DNA of 33,121 bases from Octopus sinensis (lineage: Eukaryota), in contig NW_021832039.1 in the NCBI RefSeq assembly GCF_006345805.1, forward strand, positions 1 through 33,121, written 5' to 3'. This document shows positions 1-12,438 of this stretch, piece after piece; within the stretch, counting starts at the first letter, position 1, and each line of letters opens with the position of its first letter. Made by a program: the position numbers and the translations under genes. The notes beneath the pieces are model-generated. The model saw nothing but the letters and a program-made list of their open reading frames with translations. It did no database searches and had not been told where the DNA came from.

Positions 1-6
1 TGCGTG

Positions 7-37
<31 letters not shown>

Positions 38-65
38 ATCCACAGCACCCAGTGTGGTGTGTATA

Positions 66-108
<43 letters not shown>

Positions 109-160
109 CAAATGCATGTGTTATTTATATTACTTTCACTCTCTTCATCTCACTCTCTCA

Positions 161-191
<31 letters not shown>

Positions 192-1140
192 CTCTGACCA
201 GCTAACCAATCAACCCGCCCGCCTACCCCTTATTTCTTCTTGTCTACTTATCGCTCAGCCATCTTGACTGTCCGTTTTCTATTCTTTGTTTAATGGTCGG
301 TCCGTTCACATCTCAATATGCTTTTATCTCCCACGCCACATGTAACAACGTACACTCACTTACACATCCACACACACACACACACACACATACACACACA
401 CACAACACACATAACACTCACCACTCCTGTCCACTCCAACACACCCTTCCCATACAAAACATTTAGGCTATTACTGACCAACTGACCGACTAACACCAGA
501 CTCGTTGACCAACTGACCGAATGTGAATCTAATACACAATCAAGCACACTGGCTAAGCCGTCGCCTGGCTGGCTGCACTGGAAATATCGGTGAGTGGAAT
601 GTTGCAGTGACCAGTACGACGTTACGTTTGCACCTCTTAAGAAAAATGGCTGCAAGACGCGCTGACCGTTCACACAAGTCGACATATTTAGCGCTCTTTT
701 GTGATATTTATGAGCTTTTGGTCAAATGATTGGGGTGTACCCGTATGTGTATGTCTGTGCGTGTGTGTGTGTCTGTTTATATACATATTTATGCGTGTGT
801 GTACGTGTGTGTTTATGTGTGTGTGTGCGTATGTGCGGGCGTGTGTGTATTGTGTATGGAAACGTAACCAGAAGCATGCGTCAGTGTGTATAAGTGTTTC
901 ATCGTTTTAGAATATACAGGGATGTGTGTATATGTATATATGTGTGTGCACACATTCACGTGTGTGTTTGTGTGTGTGTGTGTGTTTCTTTTTGCAGTTG
1001 CGTACGTGGTCATCTATGGTGATTTTTGAATAAGCATGTGTCGACGCGCGCGCGTTTTACCATTTGTCCTTGTGTGTGTGTGTGTGGTGTGTGTGTGTGT
1101 GTATACATACATACATATATGTATATATACATATATACTT

Positions 1141-1558
1141 TTGTTTCTTTACTTGTTTCAGTCATTTGACAGCGGCCATGCTGGAGCACCGCCTTTAGTC
1201 GAACAAATCAACCCCAAGATTTATTCTTTGTAAACCTACTATTTATTCTATCGGCTTCTTTACCGAACCGCTAAGTTACGGAGCCGTAAACACACTTGGC
1301 AGTCAAGCGATGGTGGAGGACATACACGGACACACAGACACACACACACATACACACACACACACACACAAATGTGTGTGTGTGTATGTATGTATATATA
1401 CACACGATGGTCTTCTTTCAGTTACCGTCTACAATATCTACTCACAAGGCTTTGCTCGGCCTGAGGCTATAGTTGAAGACACTTGCCAAAAGTACTACGC
1501 AATGGGACTGAACCTGGGACCATATGGCTGGGAAGCAAGCTTTTTACAACACAGCCAC
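1141..1558 (-). mobile_element. tRNA-derived SINE, family A (copy 1), with internal (CA)/(TA) microsatellite
   Basis: Colinear with copies at 9130, 12023, 18181, 30715 and 32865. Minus strand reads a tRNA-like head (GTGGCTGTGTTG...GGTTCAGTCCC B-box-like), a CORE-like TTGGCAAGTGTCTTC segment, a microsatellite, then CCAGCATGGCCGCTGTCAAATGACTGAAACAAG at the 3' end. Confidence 0.9.
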
Positions 1559-2015
1559 GAATACATACATACATACACACATACAAACATACATACATAC
1601 ATACATACATACATACATCATACATACATACATATATACATATATACATACATACATACATACATACATACATACATACTACATATATACATACATATAT
1701 ACATACATACATATATACATACATACATACATACATACATACAAACATACATACATACATACATACATATTACATACATACATACATATACATACATACA
1801 ATATACATACATACAACATACATACATACATATATACATACATACATACATACATACATATACATACATACATACATACATACATACATACATACATACA
1901 CACATACAAACATACATACATACATACATATATATATACATACACATGCACACATACATATATGCACACATGCAGACATTCAGACAGACAGAAGATAGAT
2001 AGATAGATAGATAGA
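1559..2015. repeat. (TACA)n-dominated compound microsatellite ending in (GATA)n
   Basis: Directly visible tandem tetranucleotides; source of the HTYI/MYVC pseudo-ORFs. Confidence 0.97.
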
Positions 2016-2648
2016 CAGGTAAGTGGACATACATACACACGCACATATATATACATATATATACATAAACCCATAATATATATGTACATATATGTGGGTG
2101 TGTATGTGTGCGTGTGTGCGTGTGTGCGTGTGTGTGTGTGCATACTTATATGCATGTGTGCTAAACACACGACAACGCATACGCAAAGAATTATGCAATG
2201 AACTATTATAATGCTATTCAACATAACTTGTGTCAATAACTGCGGAATTTCATTGAATTGTAACTGATATAATTGCATTTCCACTCAAAATGAATGCATA
2301 ATTTTATTGTTAAGCTTCCAAAAAAAAAGTCTACATTTAGGCTAAGCTGGCCTCAAGGGCTACGGGTTTGACTATTTCCTTAAGCGACACAGCAGAAAAT
2401 TACATAAAAAGACCAAAGTAGTGTATATATTCGTGGATGATATTTCTGGTAGATTGTAGAAGACTTCCCTGATTTAATTACCGATATAAGCTTATTTAAT
2501 CTTTAAAAGGGTTATACATTGTCTTAACTGTCTCAACATGATGTCTGCATGAACGTGCGCGAGCACACACATACATACATACACATACACACGCATGCAC
2601 ACACACAAATATGCAAATATGTATATGAACAAACGTATGTATTCACAG

Positions 2649-2723
<75 letters not shown>

Positions 2724-2847
2724 AAGATAGACTGTCGATACCAGAAAGTCCAAATGACCAAATTAGCCTATTATATGCATGTATGTACATGTATATGTAT
2801 ATAGATATGTATATGTGCGTATGTATGTATGTATGTATGTATGTATG

Positions 2848-2882
<35 letters not shown>

Positions 2883-3459
2883 GTGTGTGTGTATATATTC
2901 ACAAACATACATGTACATATATTTACATGTATGTAAAAATGTACCATGAATATATACTCAAATATATGCATACGCATGTATGTATATGCATACATACATA
3001 CATACTTATATAACAAGCAAAAATACATTAGTTTATATATCTGTGAGTGTGTATTTGTATGTGTATGTTATATGTATATACGCATACACAGACATACACA
3101 CACATATACATACATAACACATACATACATACATTTATGTGCATATGTAGACATAGAGATTTATACAATACAAACACACACTCATAATCCTATATACACA
3201 AATACATACATATATGTCATGTGTGTGTATGTATGTATGTATGTATGAATACATATACACACATCAGCCCGCTTCATTGTTAAAGTGTATTCCTGTACGA
3301 TTAGACAGCCATGCTGCCGTCTGAATCACTGCTTGACCCTGTGGCTGCAGGCGACAGGGAAGAGGTCACGTAGTGAAGGTCGCTTATGTCGTCACAGTGA
3401 GATCATGAATGCACCCAATGCACCACCAGCCTCCATGTTAATACATTGCTCATTGCATA

Positions 3460-3525
<66 letters not shown>

Positions 3526-3649
3526 GCTGTTTAGTCATTATTCAGCACTCTCATGTAAGTGAATAGTGGTTCTTTTATCTCGTGCAATGCCGCGTTAAAC
3601 AAAGGACAGGCAGGGAGAGTTCCTGAAAACATACATACATTCACAATTA

Positions 3650-3682
3650 CATGTGCGTATATATATATATAGCTATATTATA

Positions 3683-3721
<39 letters not shown>

Positions 3722-4002
3722 CTCTGTTTGTATGTGGTGTATTTGTATTTATAACATACACATACGCGCATGCGCACACCACCATGTATATATATATACA
3801 TATATATATATATATGTATTTATAATAGTTATAATATATGTATGTATAACCGAATATCGCGCACGTGTACATGCACACTCTCATGCACTATATGCGTGCG
3901 GATGTGTATGTATGCATGCATGTATTATCGATATATGTGTGAGTGTATGTGTGTATATATACATACATATATATATATACATACATATATATATACATAT
4001 AA

Positions 4003-4099
<97 letters not shown>

Positions 4100-4100
4100 C

Positions 4101-4135
<35 letters not shown>

Positions 4136-4136
4136 T
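3650..4136. repeat. (TA)n/(TACA)n/(TATG)n compound microsatellite
   Basis: Directly visible. Confidence 0.95.
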
Positions 4137-4146
4137 CTCCTGTCAC

Positions 4147-4207
4147 CTTTAAGACTGTATGGTCTACTTTACGCAGTTTTCGTAGATTTTCCTCTTCTTT
4201 CGACAAT
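4147..4207 (-). CDS. Candidate internal coding exon (61 nt, phase 2 to 0) encoding [20 protein letters not shown]; protein not identified
   Basis: Minus strand: tacatttcag|A TTG TCG AAA...TTA AAG|gtgaca. Only one frame is open; K/E/L-rich helical composition; unique sequence between repeats. Confidence 0.6.
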
Positions 4208-4812
4208 CTGAAATGTAGATATTGTTATGGCCATGTTTATCGAGCAAGTGTCGTCGCCAAATCCCGAGGAAAGGAACGACACGCAATTTCCCTCAGCAGA
4301 AAGGCGGTGAGTGCAGGGAATACAAAGCAGATCGTGCGCGTGCGTACTGTGTTCGCCGCTTTCTTTGACTGCGTAAACTTTGCGTTGCACGTGTTTTCCA
4401 TAAAAGAATATTACTGCGAAAACCGTGTGATTTGGCATTGCATGGTTTGCACTGAGACAGAAAGGAAAGTGAGACAATTAAGTTTTACTCCAGCAATTTG
4501 GTTGATGATTATTGAAAACTGTTTGATAGAGGTTAATTAACGAGAAATAGTTAAATGCTGGGAATACTTGAATAAAGCCCCTAAAAAAGAGAAGACAACA
4601 ATATGCTACATGTACAATTGCCCATATACCTACACACACACACAAACACACACATGTATGTACGTATGTATGTATACATATATACACATGTATATTATAC
4701 ACAGACACACACGCACACTCACATATATATACACATTTACATACATATATATATTATATCTATACGTATACATATATATATATAATATACACATACATAC
4801 ATACATGCATAT

Positions 4813-4843
<31 letters not shown>

Positions 4844-4879
4844 GTATATATATATAGTATATATATATTTAACGGGAAG

Positions 4880-5095
4880 CTTTATGAAAATAGACAAAAG
4901 ACGAAGGCAGGTGGAAAACAAACGAACAATTGTATTAGTATGGCGCTCAGGAAATATAAATAAAACAAGTCTTTAACGTTTCGAGCCTACGCTCTTCAAC
5001 AGAAAGATACACAGAGAGAAAAAAAACACAGAAAGAAGGAGAGAAAAAAATGCGTGCAGTAGCTAACGAATCAACATGGCGATCTATATATATAT
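4880..5095 (-). mobile_element. Penelope-like terminal repeat fragment carrying a minimal hammerhead-like motif
   Basis: Similar to 7300-7490 and, in the opposite orientation, 22360-22520 (shared GACGAAG-CAGGTG, TTTCGAGCCTACGCTC, AGTAGCTA-CGA segments). Hammerhead-like motif at 4970-5007. Confidence 0.65.
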
Positions 5096-5344
5096 GTCTG
5101 TGTGTGTGTCTAAATTTGTATGTGTGTGTGTGTGTGTATGTGAGTGTATGTAGATATGTATCGTGTACTCATGCGGTGAATAATGTCGGTGAACCGGTTT
5201 TATATTTAAATATATTGCAAATAACAAAGAAATAAAAATGTTAAAACATTTTTATTTTTAAACTTGCACTTCTCCTATTGAAATTTATGAGGCATTGAAC
5301 TGTCATGAAATTGAAACATTTGTTTGCTTTTTAGTGCTACTGGT

Positions 5345-5869
5345 AACATGTAACTCAGTACAACCTGTTGCATGGTCGGGTCGTCGGCGACTAAACCGGC
5401 AGCCCCACCAAGCTTGCTTGGTGAGAAGGGTGTTTATTGGACGCTCTGCGGGATGAAAAACAAAACCCGTCAAAGGGTGGAGGAACTCTTGAGAGTCAAC
5501 GGCCATCCAATAAATGTCTTAAGGCTGGATCATGCGCGGGGACATAGAAATAATCGGACTGAATACTCGATCGCGCGGTTAAACCATTGGGAGTGAAGGA
5601 CTCCTAGCCTTTGTTAGGGCATCCTTCTAGGAGAAGGTAACTCAGGTAACTGGGATAACTCCGGCATAAAACCTGCGGCTCATTGGTTACCGATGATGTT
5701 GACTTGTTCTTCTTTTCGGATTATGGCTGCTGTTTCTTAGTGAGTGAGATTGACTCAGTGCACAGCCTTTCCTCACTTAAAAAAAAATCTTCTTGCAACA
5801 GGCATTGCACGATAACAACATTGATTAAGCTTCGTGCAATGGCCATACTCGATAACGAGGGGGCAGCCA

Positions 5870-5870
<1 letters not shown>
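5345..5870 (+). mobile_element. Probable RTE-clade LINE 5' UTR fragment or RTE-related non-autonomous element
   Basis: GC-richer block containing GGGCATCCTTCTAGGAGAAGGTAACTC...AAACC, which resembles RTE 5' UTR motifs as I recall them; no coding signature. Confidence 0.45.
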
Positions 5871-5924
<54 letters not shown>

Positions 5925-5932
5925 TATATTAA

Positions 5933-6880
5933 GCTAAAGGTATAAGTAGATATATTTATTGGAAGGGCAATGTAAGAAGACACTCAAAAGTCGAATTTTT
6001 TTATATAGGTAGTTCTTCATCTCAGTTGTCCAAAAGAATATCTAACCATTACTCTACATTTAGGCATGTCAATAAACGTAACAATACTGGGCTTAGTAAA
6101 TTAATCTGGTATCTAAAAGATCATAATAAACGATTTAATTTGGAAAGGAATATTCTCTCTATTTCTTTACCTTATGATAAAAGTAAATCTTTTTGCTCCC
6201 TTTGTAATAGTGAAATGTTTTTATCCTATTCTCAAAGAATCCTCTTTTAAACACGTTTATAGAACTCATCTATCGTTGCAAACATTGGCAGAAACATACC
6301 TTTAGTTCCTATAATTCTATAAAATTCAAACTTTGACTATCTTCTTACATTGCACTTCCACTAAATATATCTTCTCCCATTCCTTTAAGCTTTATTCTAA
6401 TTCACCTATCGCTCTATACCCCTCCACTATTAGTTTTCTGCTAATTTCTTTCCTTCTCCTCCTCCTCCTCTTTCTATATGCTACCTTTGATGTTATATCT
6501 ACTAAAGGTTTTTTTAAAAAAACTTAATAGCGTTCCTTTCATCATTAGACTCAGTCATCACATTCTGTTAAAATGTGTTATTGATGTGTTTGGTTTCTTT
6601 CTTTCCCTGATGAGTTTGCATTGTTTCACACCATTTTATTCCGTCTGGAATAATACCAATGGTGTCTTCGAAACATATGTCGGAAGTAAAAGAATTTGAA
6701 TAACACCTGCGTTTAACTCCATTTATTTATCTATCTATATCATACAAAACATTTCACCTAAACCTGGAGTTTCTACCTTTATAAATAGGCTGTTACATCC
6801 TTGTAGCTGTTGCTACCATGGTAACTGATTTTTTCTATTTTTCTCGTGTTATTTGTAAACAGTGGAAAAAAATCCATACA
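5933..6880 (+). mobile_element. 5'-truncated Penelope-like element: GIY-YIG endonuclease C-terminus (5933-6336, one frameshift) plus 3' region with hammerhead ribozyme
   Basis: Translation ...YIYWKGNV...FYIGSSSSQLSKRISNHYSTFRHVNKRNNTGLSKLIWYLKD...CSLCNSE-(frameshift)-LLNTFIELIYRCKH matches the PLE GIY-YIG pattern YIG..R..NH...T.LS..IW.LK...C.LC..E...LLN...EL...CRH. Confidence 0.88.
6595..6694 (+). ncRNA. Type I hammerhead ribozyme with palindromic stem III
   Basis: CUGAUGA 6607-6613; G6614-C6669 closing pair; GAAA 6670-6673; stem III ACAUAUGU; GUC cleavage triplet 6679-6681; stem I UUUCC 6602-6606 with GGAAG 6682-6686, extended by further pairs; stem II hairpin ACACCATT/AATGGTGT and TTATTCC/GGAATAA. 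Confidence 0.85.
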
Positions 6881-6972
6881 TTTATATATGCATATATATA
6901 TATTGGGTAGGTTTTCGATCAAAAGGAATCGTAAAAGGGAAAAAAAAACAAAGACAATAAAAGGGGGAAAAG

Positions 6973-6975
<3 letters not shown>

Positions 6976-7057
<82 letters not shown>
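6976..7057. repeat. (GATA)n microsatellite
   Basis: Directly visible. Confidence 0.97.
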
Positions 7058-7060
<3 letters not shown>

Positions 7061-7299
7061 TATCTATCTATCTGTTTATAAACAGAGGAACAGACAGATA
7101 GGCACACAGATACACAGAAAGACGGACAGACAGAAAGATAGATAGAGATAGGCAGACAGACAGGTAAATTGATAAATACAAATAATTGTGCGTGTGGGTA
7201 ACGTATGTATATATATATAATATATATATATATAATATATATAGATATATATATATAGGAGAGGAAAAATTATAATAAGGCAGAATGCTAAATTGAAAG

Positions 7300-7980
7300 G
7301 AGGAGAATTCACACAAAAAAACAAAAGACGAATACGGGTGGTGTAGACAACAAACAGATGTATTAGGTTAACGCTCGGGAAGTGGAAAAGTTTTCGAGCC
7401 TACGCTCCTCCACAGAAAGGAACACAGAAAGAAACAAGGAGAGAAAATAAAGAATATGTAGTAGCTAGCGATCTATCATGACGACAAAAAAGTTAATAAG
7501 GAAAAAAAAAGTTACGAAAAGTTCAAAAGGTTCAAAAGCTTCAGACGTCGTGGTGTATTGGAGCGATTTTTCATCAACAGAGGAGTCCAGTGTAATCCAT
7601 GGGCAGGAGAGGTGCAGCTGAAGTGTAGAAAGTCTAGGTAGAGAATCTGTAAAAGATCGTTTGATAAAACTAGTCTATAAATTAAAACTGATTCCATATT
7701 GAAGTGACAAGCAAAATCTGTAACAAGTCTTTCTTCCTGATAACTTAGTAGCTTCCAAGTGGAAGAAAAGGCAGCATATTCTTTGTCTATCTCCTTAACT
7801 TCTTAGAGATTTTAGGTATAATTATACTAATGTGTCCATCTGTTTTAAATTAATTAAATTCTATGTCTTTGTGCAGCTGAGGATTGTTCTGTATTTAAAC
7901 CGATGCATTGGTTGCATTGTTCAATTAAATAAAGTTGCGTGAAACGATCGTACTGCATTACCTCTGGATATCCCTGTTGC
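7300..7980 (-). mobile_element. Degenerate Penelope-like fragment: decayed GIY-YIG-like C-terminus followed by terminal repeat with hammerhead-like motif (7392-7420)
   Basis: Minus-strand translation fragments LYLIEQCNQCIG, FACHFN, ESVLIYRL and PAHGL weakly match the PLE endonuclease end. 7300-7490 is similar to 4880-5095. Confidence 0.5.
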
Positions 7981-8219
7981 TGCTTTTGATATATATATGT
8001 TTATATATATATCTGCACCGCCTACACCAAGGTCACTGCTGACAACCATATGTACGAATGTTTGTACGTAGGTATGTCTGTACGCATTTACATATGTATG
8101 AGTAATTGAGAGACAATGAGAAACAGAAAGACAGAAATTGTGTCTTATCTACCGATAGGGAGTGTGGTGTACCTGTCTTTCATTTCAATTCTCCTATTGC
8201 CACTTACACTTTTACTTAC

Positions 8220-8243
8220 CCTCTATTTGTGGTTTGTCTCCGA
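8220..8243 (-). CDS. Candidate 24-nt frame-preserving microexon (phase 2-2 reading RRQTTNR; phase 1-1 alternative GDKPQIE)
   Basis: Minus strand: tgcttttattttgtgtaacgtag|TCGGAGACAAACCACAAATAGAGG|gtaagt, with a consensus donor; phase fits the flanking candidate exons. Confidence 0.45.
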
Positions 8244-8959
8244 CTACGTTACACAAAATAAAAGCATACGTATAGGATAGTGTTTAACGTGATCTGAACC
8301 AAATAATTAATTAAGTTAGCATCTCACGCATCATCAAAGTAATACGAAGGAAATATATAATCGCATAACAGATCATTATATTGTGAGCTTGGGTGTGCGT
8401 GCGTGCGTGCGTGCGTGCATGTGTGTGAATAAGTGTGTATTAGGTTACTGTAGAGAGTGTATGAAGAAAAACTCAGACGATAACAACCAGAGATAATATA
8501 TTCTGCAATCAAAACTTTGAGATATTAGAATGCTTGCTGACTGAAGCAAAGAATAATGGTAAGAGATTATTCTTAAACGGTGCCTTAAAACGCAAGTTAT
8601 AAAGGGAGATAATTGTTAGGCATGGGAAACGCAAATGGAAGTAAAATTAATACGGAAGCTATTAGGGATAAAATATTATAGCCTCACTTTGGGAAAACTA
8701 AAAACCAATTTTTAAAATGTGAAAAGCAATCTATTGATATTGTTTGGATAAAAGCGTGAAAATTGAGCAACTTATAAATATGCATGAATTGGATTACAAC
8801 GAATTTAATTTTTTCTGAGGATGTATTATTTTGTTGATAAATAAGCGAAATATACAAGCGAACTATGGTAATTAAAGTAAATCATAAATAAAATCGGAGC
8901 AAAATCTTTGAATATTGTAAGCAGAACGTTAACTGGGAGAGGGAGAATGTATGTGTGTG

Positions 8960-9016
<57 letters not shown>

Positions 9017-9129
9017 ATATATGTTTGTGTATATATATATATGTGTGTGTGTGTATACGTATAAGTGTATATAGATGTATGTGTGCATATGTGTGAATAT
9101 ATATGTATATATTTATACATATATATTCT

Positions 9130-9325
9130 TTTATTCTTTTATTTGTTTCAGTCATTTGATTGCGGCCATGCTGGAGCACCGCTTTTAGTCGAGCAAATGA
9201 CCACAGGACTTTTTTTTAAGCCTAGTACTTATTCTATCGGTTTCTTTTGCCGAACCGCTAGCTTACTTACACATAAACAGCAGCATCGGTTGTTAAGCGA
9301 TGTTGAGGGAGAAACAATAGACACC

Positions 9326-9404
<79 letters not shown>

Positions 9405-9527
9405 TATATACGACGGGCTTCTTTCAGTTTCCGTCTACCAAATCCACTCACAAGACTTTGGTCGGCCCGGGGCTATAGTACAAGACACTGCCCAAGGTGC
9501 CACGTAGTGGGACTGAACCCGGAACCA
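9130..9527 (-). mobile_element. SINE family A (copy 2), head slightly truncated
   Basis: Colinear with the copy at 18181-18558. Confidence 0.9.
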
Positions 9528-9749
9528 AACTGTATATGTACATACATACATACGTGTGTGAGGGGAGTGGACATGTATATATGTATGTATGTATGTTCTA
9601 CGTATGTAAATAGGATCATTTAGGAGATAAGCAATTAATGATGTATATATTGATAGTAAAAATCAGGTTACGTTCTTAACTTATACCATCAATAAATTTT
9701 CCACCAATTACTTTAATCACTACACACATACACACACACGCTCGCGCGC

Positions 9750-9780
<31 letters not shown>

Positions 9781-10402
9781 TGCATTTGTGTATGTGTCTG
9801 TATGTATGTATATAGATGAATGCATGTATGTACGAACATATATATATATATGCATGCATACGTATACATACATATATATATATATTTGTGTGTGTGTGTA
9901 TGCATGTATATGAATACATACAAAGGAACTACATATATACATCTATATAAATGTATACACACATACATATTTGTGTTTGTGTGTATAAATTCAATCTCAC
10001 TTTCCTTCTTTCACTTCGCCAATTAATTTCCTACACCCAATATCGAATGATTTTGCTTCCATTTCGCGTTTAATTTACTTTAATTACAATGGTTCACTTC
10101 TGTATTTCGCTTATTTATCACCAAAATAATATATCCTCGAAAAATAAATTCAATACATGAAAATCCAATTATATATATACTTATATGTAACTAAAATTAT
10201 ATGATTTTATCCAAAGATCTTCAACTAATTTTTTTAATGTATTTTCTTTCCCTAAAGTCTAGCAATTTTGCGCCAACTCTAAAAGCTGTCCCATCAATTT
10301 TACTTCCATTTGCTTTCTTTCTCTGAGGCGATTACCTCCCTTACACAACTTTCAATCTAAGACAGCATTTAAGTATATACACTGCAATTGCTTAATTATC
10401 AT

Positions 10403-10772
<370 letters not shown>

Positions 10773-11479
10773 ATCTGTACGTCTGATATTAACCATTCAA
10801 TTTAATCTAAATCGTGATAACAGTAATTATTTCAAAAAATCATTAGCATGGCCACAGCTCATAAGCTGAAACTAGAATCAATCAATCAATCAATCATACA
10901 TTAACTCCGCCTTCCTTCTGTTTGGGTTTTCTTCACACGATTTATCGCTTTACAAACATGCATGCATACATGTCGAGCATAGCATTTGTCGATCGTGAAT
11001 TACTTTGAAGACATGCAAAATGAAACTTCTTTAAAGAATCAACTGATTCCCTGTGATAGATGTATAGTAATCTACGATATTATAACTAGGTATTGAGTTC
11101 TTCATTTATTCAGTGGTTATTTTTTATGACGAACAAGAACACACACGTACACACACATACGAATATGTGTATATATATATACACACACAGACACGCAGAG
11201 AAACATAAATTTGCACATATATATATATATAATATTTCAAATAAGCAACAAGGATATCCAAGGTAGGTATTACAATCGTTATGCACTTTATTTATGTAAT
11301 TCAATGTTCTTACATCACTTTATAAACAAAAGAAGCACTATCACTTTTTAAATGTAAGCCTTTCAGCCACATATGGAATTTTTTATTGATTAAATTGACA
11401 ATGTGGATAATACCATACCAAATTCTGGTGCCTTTAACTTAGTACCATATTAATCTGAATCTAAATGTTTGCTGAACTG

Positions 11480-11537
<58 letters not shown>

Positions 11538-12022
11538 TTCGATTCGATTCGTTCGCTTCGTTCCGTTTCTTATTCTCCCAGTACTGTTTTTATATATATA
11601 TATTATATTATATTAAATTATATTATATTAAAGAGATAAACCACTATTAGGCAAATCAAACAGTGAAAAACATAAGCCAATACATAAAATTAATTTTAAA
11701 ATATAAAAGTTAAAAATTAAAAAATTATTAAAAATTTAAACTTATAATTTTAAATATATATAACAAATATATATATTATATATGTATATATATTTTTTAT
11801 TTATATATTATTTTGTTTATTAATTATTAATTAATTTATTTATTTTTATTATTTTTTATTTATTTATTTATTTATTTATTTTATATAAATATCAAAAGTA
11901 TTAAAAGTTTAATAAAAGATAAAGAGTTAAACACTACGATCGTTTCATGGCTGTACCAATTCGAATAACAATAATTTAAATTCAGTTAATAATTCGAGTT
12001 ATGGTTACAGTCAATCTTCAGG

Positions 12023-12252
12023 TTACTCTTTTACTCTCTTTACTCTTTTACTCTTTTACTTGTTTCAGTCATTTGACTGCGGCCATGCTGGAGCACCGCC
12101 TTTAGTCGAACAATTGACCCCGGGACTTATTTCTTTGTAAGCCCAGTACTTATTCTATCGGTCTCTTTTTGCCGAACCGCTAAGTGACGGGGACGTAAAC
12201 ACACCAGCATCGGTTGTCAAGCAATGCTAGGGGGACAAACACAGACACACAA

Positions 12253-12283
<31 letters not shown>

Positions 12284-12438
12284 CGACAGGCTTCTTTCAG
12301 TTTCCGTCTACCAAATCCACTCGCAAGGCATTGGTCGGCCCGGGGCTATAGCAGAAGACACTTACCCAAGGTGCCACGCAGTGGGACTGAACCCGGAACC
12401 ATGAGGTTGGTTAGCAAGCTACTTACCACACAGCCACT
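12023..12438 (-). mobile_element. SINE family A (copy 3), near full length with tandem (GAGTAAAA)n tail
   Basis: Very similar to the copy at 18181-18558; tail TTACTCTT repeats at 12023-12060. Confidence 0.93.

Noticed and set aside
11990-12022. Minus-strand CTGAAGA...CTCGAAT hammerhead-like string
   Set aside because: GAAA not intact, stem II does not pair convincingly and there is no cleavage triplet or stem I.
12380-12438. tRNA-like sequences in SINE heads (also 18500-18558, 21627-21710, 32865-32930)
   Set aside because: Only A/B-box-like remnants; no complete cloverleaf, and each is embedded in a repeated SINE body.
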